Shown here one piece after another: positions 33,779 to 43,243 of a stretch of 64,000 nt of DNA; the stretch's first letter is position 1; every line of letters begins with the position of its first letter. The notes beneath the pieces were generated by a model that did no database searches, had not been told where the DNA came from, and was given only the letters and a program-made list of their open reading frames with translations. Source of the DNA: Myxococcales bacterium (GTDB taxonomy: Bacteria; Myxococcota_A; Polyangia; Fen-1088); NCBI GenBank assembly GCA_031423255.1, contig JANPFD010000236.1:171180-235179 (forward strand). The letters run 5' to 3'. The position numbers were made by a program, and so were the translations under genes.

Positions 33779-34316
33779 CGATGAGCGGGCGGCCCACCAG
33801 CGCGTCCATGAACCGGCGCCTGGACGGCCAGCGCTCCTCGAAACGGGCCCAGAGATAGCCGCGGAAAAACAGCTCCTCCGGGATGGCCACCACCACCAGT
33901 TGCGACGCCGCCAGGAGGGCGAAGTCCGGCGGGAGCCGCAACGACGCGCCGTCGAGGCCGGTCCAGCCGGGACACAGCGGCGCGAACAGGTTCGCCCAGA
34001 CCTGCAGCAGCGGCGCCGTCGAAGCGCAGACCATGCCGTAGAACGCCAGGAACGACAGGAAGAAGCAGGGCCAGGTGAGCGCCAGCGCCGAGGCGGTGAT
34101 CCTCAGGTTCAACCGGAGCGGGTCGATGCGGAGGCCGGCCGCGCGGTAATCGAATCGGCGCCCCGACATACGGGCGGCCAGCGCGGGCGCGTACAGGAAG
34201 ATCACCGCGAGGGCTCCATGCAGGTTCGCGTGGACGAACGGCACCGCCTGGCCGATCCAATACAGCGCCGAACTGAGGGCCGTGGCGACGAGGAACGCCG
34301 CGAGCGGTTCGATCAC
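33591..34316 (-). CDS. CPBP-family intramembrane glutamic metalloprotease (CAAX protease / Abi family)
   Basis: EELFFRG and FALGH motifs across several TM helices. Confidence 0.75.
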   Translation of the reverse strand: MIEPLAAFLVATALSSALYWIGQAVPFVHANLHGALAVIFLYAPALAARMSGRRFDYRAAGLRIDPLRLNLRITASALALTWPCFFLSFLAFYGMVCASTAPLLQVWANLFAPLCPGWTGLDGASLRLPPDFALLAASQLVVVAIPEELFFRGYLWARFEERWPSRRRFMDALVGRPLIVTSLLFALGHVLVDFDPARIVVFFPALVFGWMRARTGSIAPGAVFHALCNLLSEVLHTTFFR

Positions 34317-34329
34317 CGCCGTCTTCCTG

Positions 34330-34581
34330 CTAGAAGAGGCGACTGAGGTCGTCGAGGGCGCGGCTGGCGTGGCGGGCGGCCCCGGCCAGGCGGTCGGGAG
34401 CCTGGGCGTCGATCCGCGAGGCCTTCAGGCCGACGAGGAGGGCGTCCAGCTGCCTCTCGATGGCTGTGATCGCCTCGCGGCTGCGCCGGAGCGCGGTCAC
34501 GGCACGGGGCATCGTCAGACGGGACTCGGCCGGGGGCGCTGGACACCGCTTCCGCGGAATCGAACGTCGGGCGGGGCGCAT
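34330..34581 (-). CDS. Small hypothetical protein (about 60-83 aa, predicted helical) immediately upstream of the CPBP protease
   Basis: ORF in an operon-like position between two minus-strand genes. Its composition is typical of GC-rich DNA, so coding status is uncertain. Confidence 0.25.
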   Translation of the reverse strand: MRPARRSIPRKRCPAPPAESRLTMPRAVTALRRSREAITAIERQLDALLVGLKASRIDAQAPDRLAGAARHASRALDDLSRLF

Positions 34582-34620
34582 GACCCAAGTTTCCGGTGGG
34601 CATGCGTTCTGTCAACTTTC

Positions 34621-36027
34621 TCAACCAAGCAGGTGGTGCGCCAGGGGGTCCACCACCACCTCGTGGCCAAGCGCCGTGCGGCCCACCAGCATGGGGCAAC
34701 GCATGTCGCCCCGGTCCGTCAGCGTCACGCGGATGCGCTTGCGGAGCGGCCCCAGTTCGAGTGTGGTCTCGATGACCGGGCGCCGCTCGGTGCGACCCGA
34801 GGTGTCCCTCACCTCGATGAACTCCTTGACCGGGACGCGCACGCGAAGCCGGCGGCGCGAGGAGCCCCCCACGGCCAGGGTCAGTTCGAGGATGGGGCGG
34901 CGGCTGGGCCCGGGGGCCGTCCCTACCGTGCGGCTGGCGATGACGTGGAGCGCTGAGGTGCGGGCTCCCGTATCGATCTTGGCGGGCACCCGCCCCAGGC
35001 CCAGATCGGGAAGCGAGATCGACTCGAGCCAGCCGACCCGTAACTTGGCTTCCGCCGGCGGGCCAGGCCGAGCTGCCTTAGGGTTCTTTGCGTCGCGCAC
35101 CGCCCCGACGAGAAACAGCACCGCGCCCTTCCGAGTCACCGGGCGATCGGGCGCCTCGAGGACCAGGCCTCGCGCCGGTGCACGCACGGCCACGGCCCGG
35201 CCGGGCAGCGGCCCCTCGATCCGGGCGAGCACGTGACCCTTGCCGACCAGCGCACCAGGCTCGACGGTCTCGACGAGCACACCGTCCGCCGGGGCCAGCA
35301 CGCGGACGAGGTCATGCACCACCGTTCCCGGGGCTCCGGACGCCCGGCCGACGCGCCCGACCAGGCCCGGCAGAACGATCGCCAGCGCGCGGCGACAGGC
35401 GGCCAGCAGGATCTGTCCGGCGCTGCCGACCCCCGAATCACCGCCAGCCACGAGGCCGATGGTGGTCCGGCGGGCCTGGCCGGCGACCGCCACCAGCGAC
35501 CCATCGGCCGCCGGGACGATCGCGCGGGCGCCGCTTGCGACCGCAAGCGCCCTCGCCCGCGTGTCGTCGGGACAGACCCGAGCGTACAGCAGGCAGCGCC
35601 GCCCCGGCAGGGGCGAGCCGAGCACGATGACTGCCTCGGCCCCTACCACCAGATCCGAGTAGAGGGCGAACGCCAACCGCCCGCGCCGCTTGCCTCCGGC
35701 GTCACCCGGCAGTGGCAGCGCTGGCACCACCCTCCCCGGCCGCGTGAACCGATTCCCGGGCCGCAGCACCGGCACCACCACCAGCGTCCCGGTCAGCGCC
35801 GCCGGATCCAGCTCGGCGATCAGCGCCCGCGCCGCCAGCGTGGAGGCCACCTCGCACCCGTGCAGGTTCGCCACCACGGTCACGCGCGGACCGGGCGCCC
35901 GCCCCACCGCCACCCAGGCGCCGACGGCCGTCGCCTCGTCGAGGCCGATGCTCACCACGGCAGCACGGCCCGGAGCGACCTCCACGCCGCCCACCCGCTG
36001 TGCGCGCGGCGCGACCTCGGTCGCCAT
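34621..36027 (-). CDS. Fusion protein: N-terminal succinylglutamate desuccinylase/aspartoacylase-like (AstE_AspA) domain plus C-terminal RimK-associated retropepsin-like domain (DUF785, annotated in databases as putative ATP-dependent zinc protease)
   Basis: The C-terminal LGRVPAKIDTGARTSALHV matches the DUF785 aspartic-protease-like signature. The N-terminal half resembles the AstE/AspA deacylase fold, including VANLHGCE. Confidence 0.6.
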   Translation of the reverse strand: MATEVAPRAQRVGGVEVAPGRAAVVSIGLDEATAVGAWVAVGRAPGPRVTVVANLHGCEVASTLAARALIAELDPAALTGTLVVVPVLRPGNRFTRPGRVVPALPLPGDAGGKRRGRLAFALYSDLVVGAEAVIVLGSPLPGRRCLLYARVCPDDTRARALAVASGARAIVPAADGSLVAVAGQARRTTIGLVAGGDSGVGSAGQILLAACRRALAIVLPGLVGRVGRASGAPGTVVHDLVRVLAPADGVLVETVEPGALVGKGHVLARIEGPLPGRAVAVRAPARGLVLEAPDRPVTRKGAVLFLVGAVRDAKNPKAARPGPPAEAKLRVGWLESISLPDLGLGRVPAKIDTGARTSALHVIASRTVGTAPGPSRRPILELTLAVGGSSRRRLRVRVPVKEFIEVRDTSGRTERRPVIETTLELGPLRKRIRVTLTDRGDMRCPMLVGRTALGHEVVVDPLAHHLLG

Positions 36028-36030
36028 GGG

Positions 36031-36402
36031 TCAGCTGTTTCCGAGGATCAGATCGTCGTCGTCGGAGAGATAGGCGAAGGTCCGCACCAGCGTCAGGATC
36101 TGCTCGCGCAGCGCCGGCGTCAGGTCCACGAACTGCACGCCCATGCCAGGATTGGCCCCCTCGGGGTTGACCGGCCGGGGTCGGTTCACCCAGACGACCC
36201 GCCCCTCCACGTCGATCGGCATCCCCCCCGGCGTCTGGAAGGCGAGGTTCAGCAAGGTCCCCGGCGCCAGCGGCGTCTCGGTATGCACGAAGATCCCCAT
36301 CGCCGAGAGGTCCGTGATGTACGCGAACAGGAAGGTGTCCCCGTCGCGGTAATCGACCTCGAAGTTCACCATCACGCGCTCGTACTCGCGGCGTTCGAGC
36401 AT
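36031..36402 (-). CDS. PilZ-domain protein (c-di-GMP binding)
   Basis: RREYERV and DLSAMGIFV motifs (RxxxR...DxSxxG). ATG at 36402; a longer upstream start at 36510 is possible. Confidence 0.7.
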   Translation of the reverse strand: MLERREYERVMVNFEVDYRDGDTFLFAYITDLSAMGIFVHTETPLAPGTLLNLAFQTPGGMPIDVEGRVVWVNRPRPVNPEGANPGMGVQFVDLTPALREQILTLVRTFAYLSDDDDLILGNS

Positions 36403-36463
36403 CGCGCGGCGCTCCGGCGACACCGGGACTGCCCGGCGCCGTCGGTCCTTCGGGCGTGTGGTC

Positions 36464-38818
36464 CTAACGGATCTCAACGGTCCCCAGCCGCACGCGATCG
36501 TCGCCGTCATTGCGCCCGGCGGTGATTCGCCAGCGCTTGCCTTCGCCGCCCGGCCAGAAGCCGATGAGTGCCGTATAGGTCCCGGCCGGCGTGGTCATGA
36601 GCGGCACGTCCACCTCGTAAGTATCGCGGATGTACTCCCCCGGAAGCCAGTAGTTCGTGGGGAAGATAGGGGTGTGGTCGCCGATGACACGCGGCTCCCC
36701 TGGGATGTCGAAGTGTGCGAAGATCTTGAACCCACCCGGTGGGCGCCGGAACACCCTAAAATAAAGTGTGAGCAGGATCTTGCCGGGGCGGCGTAGCTCG
36801 GCCGGAAAGTCCGCACCCACCAGCTCCACGGCGTTCTCGAAAGTCGTGCTGGTCGAGACCCGCCAGGTCCAGGGCGGAGCCTGGCCGTGCCAGTCGACCT
36901 TGGTCTCGTTCGAGCCTGGCTGGGTCGACACCTCGGGCGGCGTGGACGCCATCCAGACATCCTTCTTCAGCGGGTTCTGATCCTGCTCGCCACTTTTGAG
37001 CTGGTTCGACAGCAGCAGGAACCGCGACGACGAGGCATCGAGGACGTAGTAGTCGAGCTTGGCCAGCTTGAACGAAGCGTCGAGCGCTGCCAGCTCGTCG
37101 GAGGCGGTGAGGCAGAACGTCCTTTTGGGACGGCGGAGAAACTCCACCACCTGTTCCTGCGACGGGATGTCCACCAGCTCCCGCTCGCTGTAAAAGCCGG
37201 TTCCGTGACCCTCGACGCGGTACTTGCCTATCTCCTCGTCGCCCTTGGCGTAGCGGGCGTAGGACTCGAGTACCGGCTTGAATGACAGGTGCCGCGACAG
37301 CATCGGCAAGAGCGCGTGCGAGATGAATGCGCCGAACAGCACGGCCGCGATGACCGCCGCCTGCAAACCCCAGCGCCCCACCTCGACCACCAGGGTCTCG
37401 AGTCGCCGCTGCCACCGGCGCGCGCCCGTCCCCAGGTCACGCGGCGCCACCTTGCCGATGGCCCGACCGCGCGTGGCGAGGCCCGTGTAGAGGCCGAGGC
37501 TGACCACCAGGCCGACGGCCAGGAAGACGTAGCCCACGGTGATCGTCGGAGGCCACTTCACCTTGGCGTTCTGGAACAGGTGAACCGAGACCAGCTCCTC
37601 GGGCGTCAGGAAGAAGTCACGGGCAACGATCATCGTGCCGGTGGCGATCAGCAGCCCCAGCACCGGTTCCGAACGCTCACCTTCGAGCGCCTCGTCGAGG
37701 AAGATGCCGATGGCCAGGGCCAGCGCCGCCAGCGCCGGAAAGCGCGCGTCTCCGGTCATCAGCATGTAGATGGTGGCCAGCGCGAAAGCAAAGGCCGCGA
37801 AGATCAACAGGTACAGCTGCCCGAAAGCCAGGCGGCCGCCGTCGCGCTCCTCGGCATTGCCGAGGCGGATCAACGGCCGCCCCAGGGCGAACACCACCAG
37901 CGCGCTCCAGGGGAAGATGCCGAACCCGATCTGCTTGATGAGGTACTCGAACATCTGGGCCGGCGTCCCGGCACGGGGCACGCCGCCGAGCAGGATCGAG
38001 TAGCGGCCAGCAACGTTGGCGCGCAGGAGCGTCACGATCAGCACGCCGACGCCGAGGAGCGCCACCGCCAGTAGGAGCCCGCGCCCGTGTACTCCTTTGG
38101 TCAGGAGTCCCCGGCCGAAGCTGGTCCCCTCGGGCACGTCGCGCCCGGTGACGGCCGTCGTCAGCACAGCGGCGCCCTCGGTCTCGGCGGCGTGCGGCTG
38201 CAACCCCCAGCCGGCGACGATGGTCGCCGTCAACGCCAGGCAGGGAAGCGCCACACCGATGAGCGCGCCGCCCGAAAGAAGGCCGATCACCATGCCGGCG
38301 ACCGCGACGGCCAGGTCGCGCATCCGGCGCTGGCCCGTGGCGGGCCAGGCGAACCGCCCGAAGCCTCCGAGCGCGAGCGCCAGCCCGCAGACGAGCGGCA
38401 TGTCCGACAGCAACTGCCGCGCCTGCAGGATGAAGATCGGCATCGAGCCGAGGGCCAGCGCCGCCAGCAACCCGGCGCGGCGGCGAAACAGCCCCGCGCC
38501 CGCCCAGTACACCGCGAGAATCGCGCCCACGCCGGCCAGCGCGTCGAAGAAGCGCGCGCCCAGCTCACGCACGCCGAACACCTTCATGCCCAGCGCATCC
38601 AGGAACAGGTTCAGCGGCGGCTGGGGCGAGAACTTCCCACCCACCGTGGGGTCGAACAGGCTGGACGAGCGCATCACCGCGCGCGCCTGATCGGCCACTC
38701 CGAGCTCCCAGGGATCCCAGAACCCGAACGAGCCGAGACCGGGCAGGATCAGCAAGCCCGCGAAGATCGCGGCCCAGCCAGCAGGCGGCACCCGGCGCAG
38801 CTTGACCAAAAAGCTCAT
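36464..38818 (-). CDS. Large integral membrane GT-C / glycosyltransferase family 39-like protein (ArnT/PMT-like) with a large C-terminal periplasmic domain
   Basis: More than 10 TM helices, with architecture and N-terminal loop motifs reminiscent of ArnT/PMT-family GT-C enzymes. Confidence 0.6.
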   Translation of the reverse strand: MSFLVKLRRVPPAGWAAIFAGLLILPGLGSFGFWDPWELGVADQARAVMRSSSLFDPTVGGKFSPQPPLNLFLDALGMKVFGVRELGARFFDALAGVGAILAVYWAGAGLFRRRAGLLAALALGSMPIFILQARQLLSDMPLVCGLALALGGFGRFAWPATGQRRMRDLAVAVAGMVIGLLSGGALIGVALPCLALTATIVAGWGLQPHAAETEGAAVLTTAVTGRDVPEGTSFGRGLLTKGVHGRGLLLAVALLGVGVLIVTLLRANVAGRYSILLGGVPRAGTPAQMFEYLIKQIGFGIFPWSALVVFALGRPLIRLGNAEERDGGRLAFGQLYLLIFAAFAFALATIYMLMTGDARFPALAALALAIGIFLDEALEGERSEPVLGLLIATGTMIVARDFFLTPEELVSVHLFQNAKVKWPPTITVGYVFLAVGLVVSLGLYTGLATRGRAIGKVAPRDLGTGARRWQRRLETLVVEVGRWGLQAAVIAAVLFGAFISHALLPMLSRHLSFKPVLESYARYAKGDEEIGKYRVEGHGTGFYSERELVDIPSQEQVVEFLRRPKRTFCLTASDELAALDASFKLAKLDYYVLDASSSRFLLLSNQLKSGEQDQNPLKKDVWMASTPPEVSTQPGSNETKVDWHGQAPPWTWRVSTSTTFENAVELVGADFPAELRRPGKILLTLYFRVFRRPPGGFKIFAHFDIPGEPRVIGDHTPIFPTNYWLPGEYIRDTYEVDVPLMTTPAGTYTALIGFWPGGEGKRWRITAGRNDGDDRVRLGTVEIR

Positions 38819-38840
38819 GGTTTACGAGACGCCGCGCACT

Positions 38841-39773
38841 CTACTCAACCGCCGAAGGCGCGTCTACCACGCGGGTGTCACCGTGGCGCAGCAGCGCGAG
38901 GCGATCGCCGACCCCTCGCTCGGCAGCCAGCTCGGCCAGCCAGCGCGCCGGCTCGTCCAGCGGCTCGTAGCCGAGCGGGAACGAGCCGTGGCCGATCGGG
39001 ATCAACAACCGCGCGCCCAGATCCTCGAAGGCGTACAGGGCGTCCAGCGGGGACATGTGCGTCTGCCGCATGGCCAGCGGCTGGTAGCCGGCGATGGGCA
39101 ACAGCGCCACGTCGGGGCGGTGGCGGCGGCCGATCTCCTCGAAGCCCGAGAAGTAGGCGGTGTCGCCCGCGAAGTAGGCGGTGGCGCCCCGGCCGCGCAC
39201 CACGTACCCGGTGGCCCCGCGCCAGGCGAAGTCGCCGAGCCCCCGCGCCCCCTCGTGACGGGCGGCCACCGCCGTGACCAGGAGATCGCGCTGCGTGAAC
39301 TCCTCGCCGGGCTCCAGGACCATGACGCGTGCGAAGCCGAGGTCCTCGACGAGATCCTTGCACCGCGGCGGCACCACCAAGGTCGCCGTCCGTGGCAGGT
39401 CGCGCAGGCTGGAGCGGTGCAGGTGATCGTGGTGCGCGTGCGAGATCAGCACCAGCGACACGTCGGCGGCATCTGCGGGGTGCAGGCAGGCCGCCTCGGC
39501 ACGCGGGAGCCCGAAGAGCGCGTTTGCCAGCAACGGATCGGTCACGACACGGCTGTCGGCGGTGGTCAGCATCGCGGTGGCGTGCCCGATGAACGTGATG
39601 GCCATCGCGTCCCCCGCCGGCCGCGGGACCCGCGCCGGAGGACGGACGCGCGTCGGCGTCATCAGCCGGCGGGCTGCCGCGCGCAAGAAGCGCATCGACA
39701 GCACGAGGCCGGCGCCTCCCGGCAACCGGTTGCGGTGGACGAGATCCAGCTCCTTCGTCCGCTCGTCCGACAT
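38841..39773 (-). CDS. MBL-fold metallo-hydrolase
   Basis: HxHxDH motif (ISHAHHDHL). An alternative internal ATG start (MAITFIGHATAM) at about 39605 is possible. Confidence 0.75.
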   Translation of the reverse strand: MSDERTKELDLVHRNRLPGGAGLVLSMRFLRAAARRLMTPTRVRPPARVPRPAGDAMAITFIGHATAMLTTADSRVVTDPLLANALFGLPRAEAACLHPADAADVSLVLISHAHHDHLHRSSLRDLPRTATLVVPPRCKDLVEDLGFARVMVLEPGEEFTQRDLLVTAVAARHEGARGLGDFAWRGATGYVVRGRGATAYFAGDTAYFSGFEEIGRRHRPDVALLPIAGYQPLAMRQTHMSPLDALYAFEDLGARLLIPIGHGSFPLGYEPLDEPARWLAELAAERGVGDRLALLRHGDTRVVDAPSAVE

Positions 39774-39815
39774 CCGAAATCATCACTATCATGCGGGATG
39801 GTATAAACGCGGCTC

Positions 39816-40523
39816 ATGAAAGTCCGTGCCATCGCGTTCGCCACGATCGCCCTCTTCGCCTGCCGCAAGAACGAAGCGGCGCAGCCTCAACCGACGCCCC
39901 AGCCGACCCCGGCGCCCCAGGAGCCGCCCAAGCCGGCACCCGCGGAGCCGACCGAGGCGGACGAGATGGCGAAGAAGCTCGATCCCGGGAAGATGACCCT
40001 GCAGGCGCCCGGCACCTACCGGGCGAAGTTCGTCACCAGCAAGGGCACCTTCGTTGTCGAGGTGAACCGCGACTGGTCGCCCAAGGGCGCCGACCGCTTC
40101 TACAACCTGGTCAAGAGCGGCTTTTACGACAACGTGCGCTTCTTCCGGGTGGTCAAGGGCTTCATGGTGCAGTTCGGGATCAGCGGTACTCCGTCGGTGA
40201 ACGCCAAGTTCCGCGAGGCGCATTTCCCTGACGACGCCGTCAAGCAGTCGAACAAGCGCGGCTTCATGACCTTCGCCACCTCCGGCCCGGACTCGCGCAC
40301 CACGCAGGTCTTCATCAACTACATCGACAACGTGCGGCTGGATGCGATGGGGTTCACGCCGTTCGGAAAGATCGTGTCGGGCATGGACGTCGTCGACGGG
40401 CTCAACGGCAAGTACGGCGAGCAGCCGAGCCAGACCCAGCCGCGCATCCAGGCCGAGGGGAACTCATTCCTCGACAAGGAATTTCCGGGTCTGGACTTCG
40501 TCAAGCAGGCCGTCATCCAATAG
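39816..40523 (+). CDS. ppiB: Cyclophilin-type peptidyl-prolyl cis-trans isomerase, lipoprotein
   Basis: Cyclophilin core (FYDNVRFFRVVKGFMVQFG, GFMTFATSGPDSRTTQVFINY) and lipobox LFAC. Confidence 0.85.
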   Translation: MKVRAIAFATIALFACRKNEAAQPQPTPQPTPAPQEPPKPAPAEPTEADEMAKKLDPGKMTLQAPGTYRAKFVTSKGTFVVEVNRDWSPKGADRFYNLVKSGFYDNVRFFRVVKGFMVQFGISGTPSVNAKFREAHFPDDAVKQSNKRGFMTFATSGPDSRTTQVFINYIDNVRLDAMGFTPFGKIVSGMDVVDGLNGKYGEQPSQTQPRIQAEGNSFLDKEFPGLDFVKQAVIQ

Positions 40524-40532
40524 CAGTAGCGA

Positions 40533-41108
40533 ATGCGGCAGATCGATCGACGGGGCTGGGGCCAGCGACTCGCCGACCTCGTTGATCACGCCCGGGCCGA
40601 CGACCTACCGCGGGTGCTGCCTTTCGGCGCGCCGGTCGAGGCGGCGCGCGTGGCTCTCGAGGCGCTGGGGCCCCAGGACTTCGCGTCGGGACGCCCGATC
40701 GTCGACCAGCCCGCCTCCGTCGGGTTGCGCTCGGCGGTCTGGCTGCTGCACGACTTCATGACCGAGAGCCACGAGCTGGCGCAGCAGATCGAGGACACCA
40801 TGGCCGGCCCGTACTGGCACGCCATCGTGCATCGGCGCGAACCCGACCCCGGCAACGCTTGCTACTGGTTCGGCCGCGTGGGCGCTCACCCGATCTTCCC
40901 CGAGCTCCTCGCCGATGCAGGCGCGCTCGCCACGGACCTGCGCGAGCTGCACGATCTGGTCGAGGCGCCGACGTGGCGCGCCGATCGCTTCGTGGAGCTC
41001 TGCACGTCCCGGCCGCCCCAGTCGGTCGAGCGGAAGCTCCTGGCTATCCAGCGTCGAGAGTGGGAGCTCCTGTTCGAGCACGAGTGGCGCCGCGCTTTCG
41101 TGGCGTGA
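40533..41108 (+). CDS. Conserved hypothetical protein (191 aa)
   Basis: Clean ORF with a plausible start. I recognise no domain. Confidence 0.45.
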   Translation: MRQIDRRGWGQRLADLVDHARADDLPRVLPFGAPVEAARVALEALGPQDFASGRPIVDQPASVGLRSAVWLLHDFMTESHELAQQIEDTMAGPYWHAIVHRREPDPGNACYWFGRVGAHPIFPELLADAGALATDLRELHDLVEAPTWRADRFVELCTSRPPQSVERKLLAIQRREWELLFEHEWRRAFVA

Positions 41109-41121
41109 TAGCGTGAGCTTG

Positions 41122-41352
41122 ATGCCGCTTCGCCGCGCCGTCGGTCTGATGACCCTGGCCGGGACCATCGCCAGTTGCTCGCCCAGCCATCGGCGCGACC
41201 AGAACTACGGCAGCGACGCATACACGACGTACACGCCGCCCGAACCGCGAGACGCGGCGCCCCAGGAGAACGACGACGCCAGCCCCGGCAATGACGGTCC
41301 TGACGCCGGGGTCACCGACGCCCGTGATGCGGCCGCGGAGAGGCGCGACTGA
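41122..41352 (+). CDS. Small acidic putative lipoprotein
   Basis: MPLRRAVGLMTLAGTIASC lipoprotein-like signal followed by a short acidic tail. Low complexity. Confidence 0.3.
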   Translation: MPLRRAVGLMTLAGTIASCSPSHRRDQNYGSDAYTTYTPPEPRDAAPQENDDASPGNDGPDAGVTDARDAAAERRD

Positions 41353-42494
41353 TGGCGCCCGAGGACCGCATCGTCACCTGGAAGGGCGGAACCCTCGACG
41401 ACCTGGTGGGCATGCTGTCCGGTGCGGCGCTGGCAGCGCGCGTCCACGTCATGGCTCCGGGTGAACGCGAATGGCCCGCGGGCGAGGTGCAGATGCTCGC
41501 CGGTGGTGTGGCCGAGTCGATCGCCGGTGACCTGAGGGGCGACGACGCGATGGCCGCGCTGCGGTCGATCGGGGCGACCACCTTCCGCGTCGAGCCGGCT
41601 CTGCCCGAGCCCGGTACCGGCGCACTGGTGCCGGGTGGCCCCGAGGAGGGCAACCTCTCCGAGCGGCCCCTGGCCTCGCTGATGCGCTACTGCGAGAACT
41701 ACGTCATGACCTGCCTGCTCGAGGTCTGGCGTGGCAACGATCGCGCGACCATCAGCTACCGTCGCGGCGAGATCGCATCCACGGCCGTGGGCGGCAGCGA
41801 TGCGCCCGAGCGGCTGACCGAAGTGATGACCTGGAACCGGGGCGGCTACCGGATCGTGGTGCCGCCGATGGTGCTGCCGAACGTCCGGCCGCCGCCCTCC
41901 GTGGCGGCCCCCCCGAAGCCAGCGGCAAAACCAGCCGCGGCAAAGCCCGCGCCAACTCCGCCGCCGATCCCGATGCCTCCGCCCGTGGCCGCCCCTGCCG
42001 AATCGCGCGACACGCTCACCCGCGTCCCGCCGGCCGGCCCGCCGCGGGGGCGACGCGAGACCGTCCCCGGGATGCCCGTGGCGGTCTTCGATCCCTTCGC
42101 TCCCGAGCGCACGACCGACGTCGGCGTTCCCGCGGTCGGGCCAGTGCCGACGCCGCGGCCCTCGACCGCAGCCGCACCCCGCACGGTGATGGAGCCCGAG
42201 GTGATAGCGCCCGTGCCGCTGCACCTGCTGCGCAACGCCGCCCGCCCTGCCCCGCCCGCGCCGAAGTCCAACCCCGCGGTGCCGGCGTTGGGGCCGATGA
42301 CCGCGCCCCGTGGAGGCAAGGCCTCCGCCAGCGCCGAGAAGCAGGGCGAGCCCACCCCCAACAAGAAGAAGACCAAGCCCCGCCGCAAGACTCTCGTCGA
42401 TCCGCCGGTGCTGGTGCTGATCTTCCTGGGGCTCGCGCTCGGGCTGGCCATCGTCGGCGCCTACTCGGTGATGCAGACCGTGCTCGCTCTTTGA
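41352..42494 (+). CDS. DUF4388-domain protein with a Pro-rich linker and C-terminal TM anchor
   Basis: LSERPLASLMRYCENYVMTCLLEVWRGNDRATISYRRGEI matches the DUF4388 signature. The C-terminus has a basic patch and a TM helix. Confidence 0.6.
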   Translation: MAPEDRIVTWKGGTLDDLVGMLSGAALAARVHVMAPGEREWPAGEVQMLAGGVAESIAGDLRGDDAMAALRSIGATTFRVEPALPEPGTGALVPGGPEEGNLSERPLASLMRYCENYVMTCLLEVWRGNDRATISYRRGEIASTAVGGSDAPERLTEVMTWNRGGYRIVVPPMVLPNVRPPPSVAAPPKPAAKPAAAKPAPTPPPIPMPPPVAAPAESRDTLTRVPPAGPPRGRRETVPGMPVAVFDPFAPERTTDVGVPAVGPVPTPRPSTAAAPRTVMEPEVIAPVPLHLLRNAARPAPPAPKSNPAVPALGPMTAPRGGKASASAEKQGEPTPNKKKTKPRRKTLVDPPVLVLIFLGLALGLAIVGAYSVMQTVLAL

Positions 42495-42502
42495 CCCTGA
42501 CG

Positions 42503-43243
42503 ATGTTCGCAGCCGTCGCCGAAGCCTACCGCCGAACGAAGAAGCCGCACGACATCCTCTGGAATCGCTTCGTCGCGCGGCCGCTCGCCGCCGTGCTGCT
42601 GGTGCCGCTGCACGGTTCGCCCGTGACGCCCAACCAGATCACCTTCGCCTCGATGGTGGTGTTCGCTGGCGCGATGGCGCTGCTGGTCGCCTGGCCAGGA
42701 CACCTGGGCCTCATCGCGGCCATCGTGGTCCTGGAGCTCTCGTACGTCCTCGACTGCGTCGATGGGCAACTGGCGCGTCTGCGCGGCACCTCGTCGCCGG
42801 TCGGCGCCCACCTCGATTTCCTGATGGACGAGCTGAAGGCGTTCCTGCTGGTGGCAGCCACGGGCGTGCGGCTGTGGCAGCAAACCGCCGAGGTGGCGTT
42901 CCTCGTCGAGGCGCTCGCCGGGCTGTGCGTGGTCGCGTCCGCGATCAGCCTGACGACGTTCGTACGCCGTCCCGAATACCGCGCTGCCACCGGCGCTGCC
43001 GCGACTGGCACCGGAGATTACGGCGAAGGGTTCGCCGCACCCGCGCCGCCACGGCGGCTGTCCCCGCTCGCCGCCATCGAAAGCATCGGCAAGCTGATCA
43101 TCCATTACCCGAGCTATCTTCTTTTCGTCGCCGTCGCCGACAGGATGGACCTGTTCCTGCACGCCTACCTCGCCATGAACGCCGCTTACGCCGCCCGCAC
43201 CTTCCTGGCCATCACCCTCAAGCTGGGCAGGCCGCGCACATGA
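42503..43243 (+). CDS. CDP-alcohol phosphatidyltransferase-family membrane protein
   Basis: DCVDGQLARLRG (D-G-x2-A-R-x8-G...D...D motif) within a polytopic membrane protein. ATG at 42503; TTG at 42491 is an alternative. Confidence 0.7.
   Translation: MFAAVAEAYRRTKKPHDILWNRFVARPLAAVLLVPLHGSPVTPNQITFASMVVFAGAMALLVAWPGHLGLIAAIVVLELSYVLDCVDGQLARLRGTSSPVGAHLDFLMDELKAFLLVAATGVRLWQQTAEVAFLVEALAGLCVVASAISLTTFVRRPEYRAATGAAATGTGDYGEGFAAPAPPRRLSPLAAIESIGKLIIHYPSYLLFVAVADRMDLFLHAYLAMNAAYAARTFLAITLKLGRPRT

Noticed and set aside
36402-36510. Longer PilZ ORF starting at 36510
   Set aside because: The extra 36 residues are Arg-rich and overlap the 3' end of the GT39 gene. The PilZ motif region begins right after the ATG at 36402. 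It is kept as an alternative start only.
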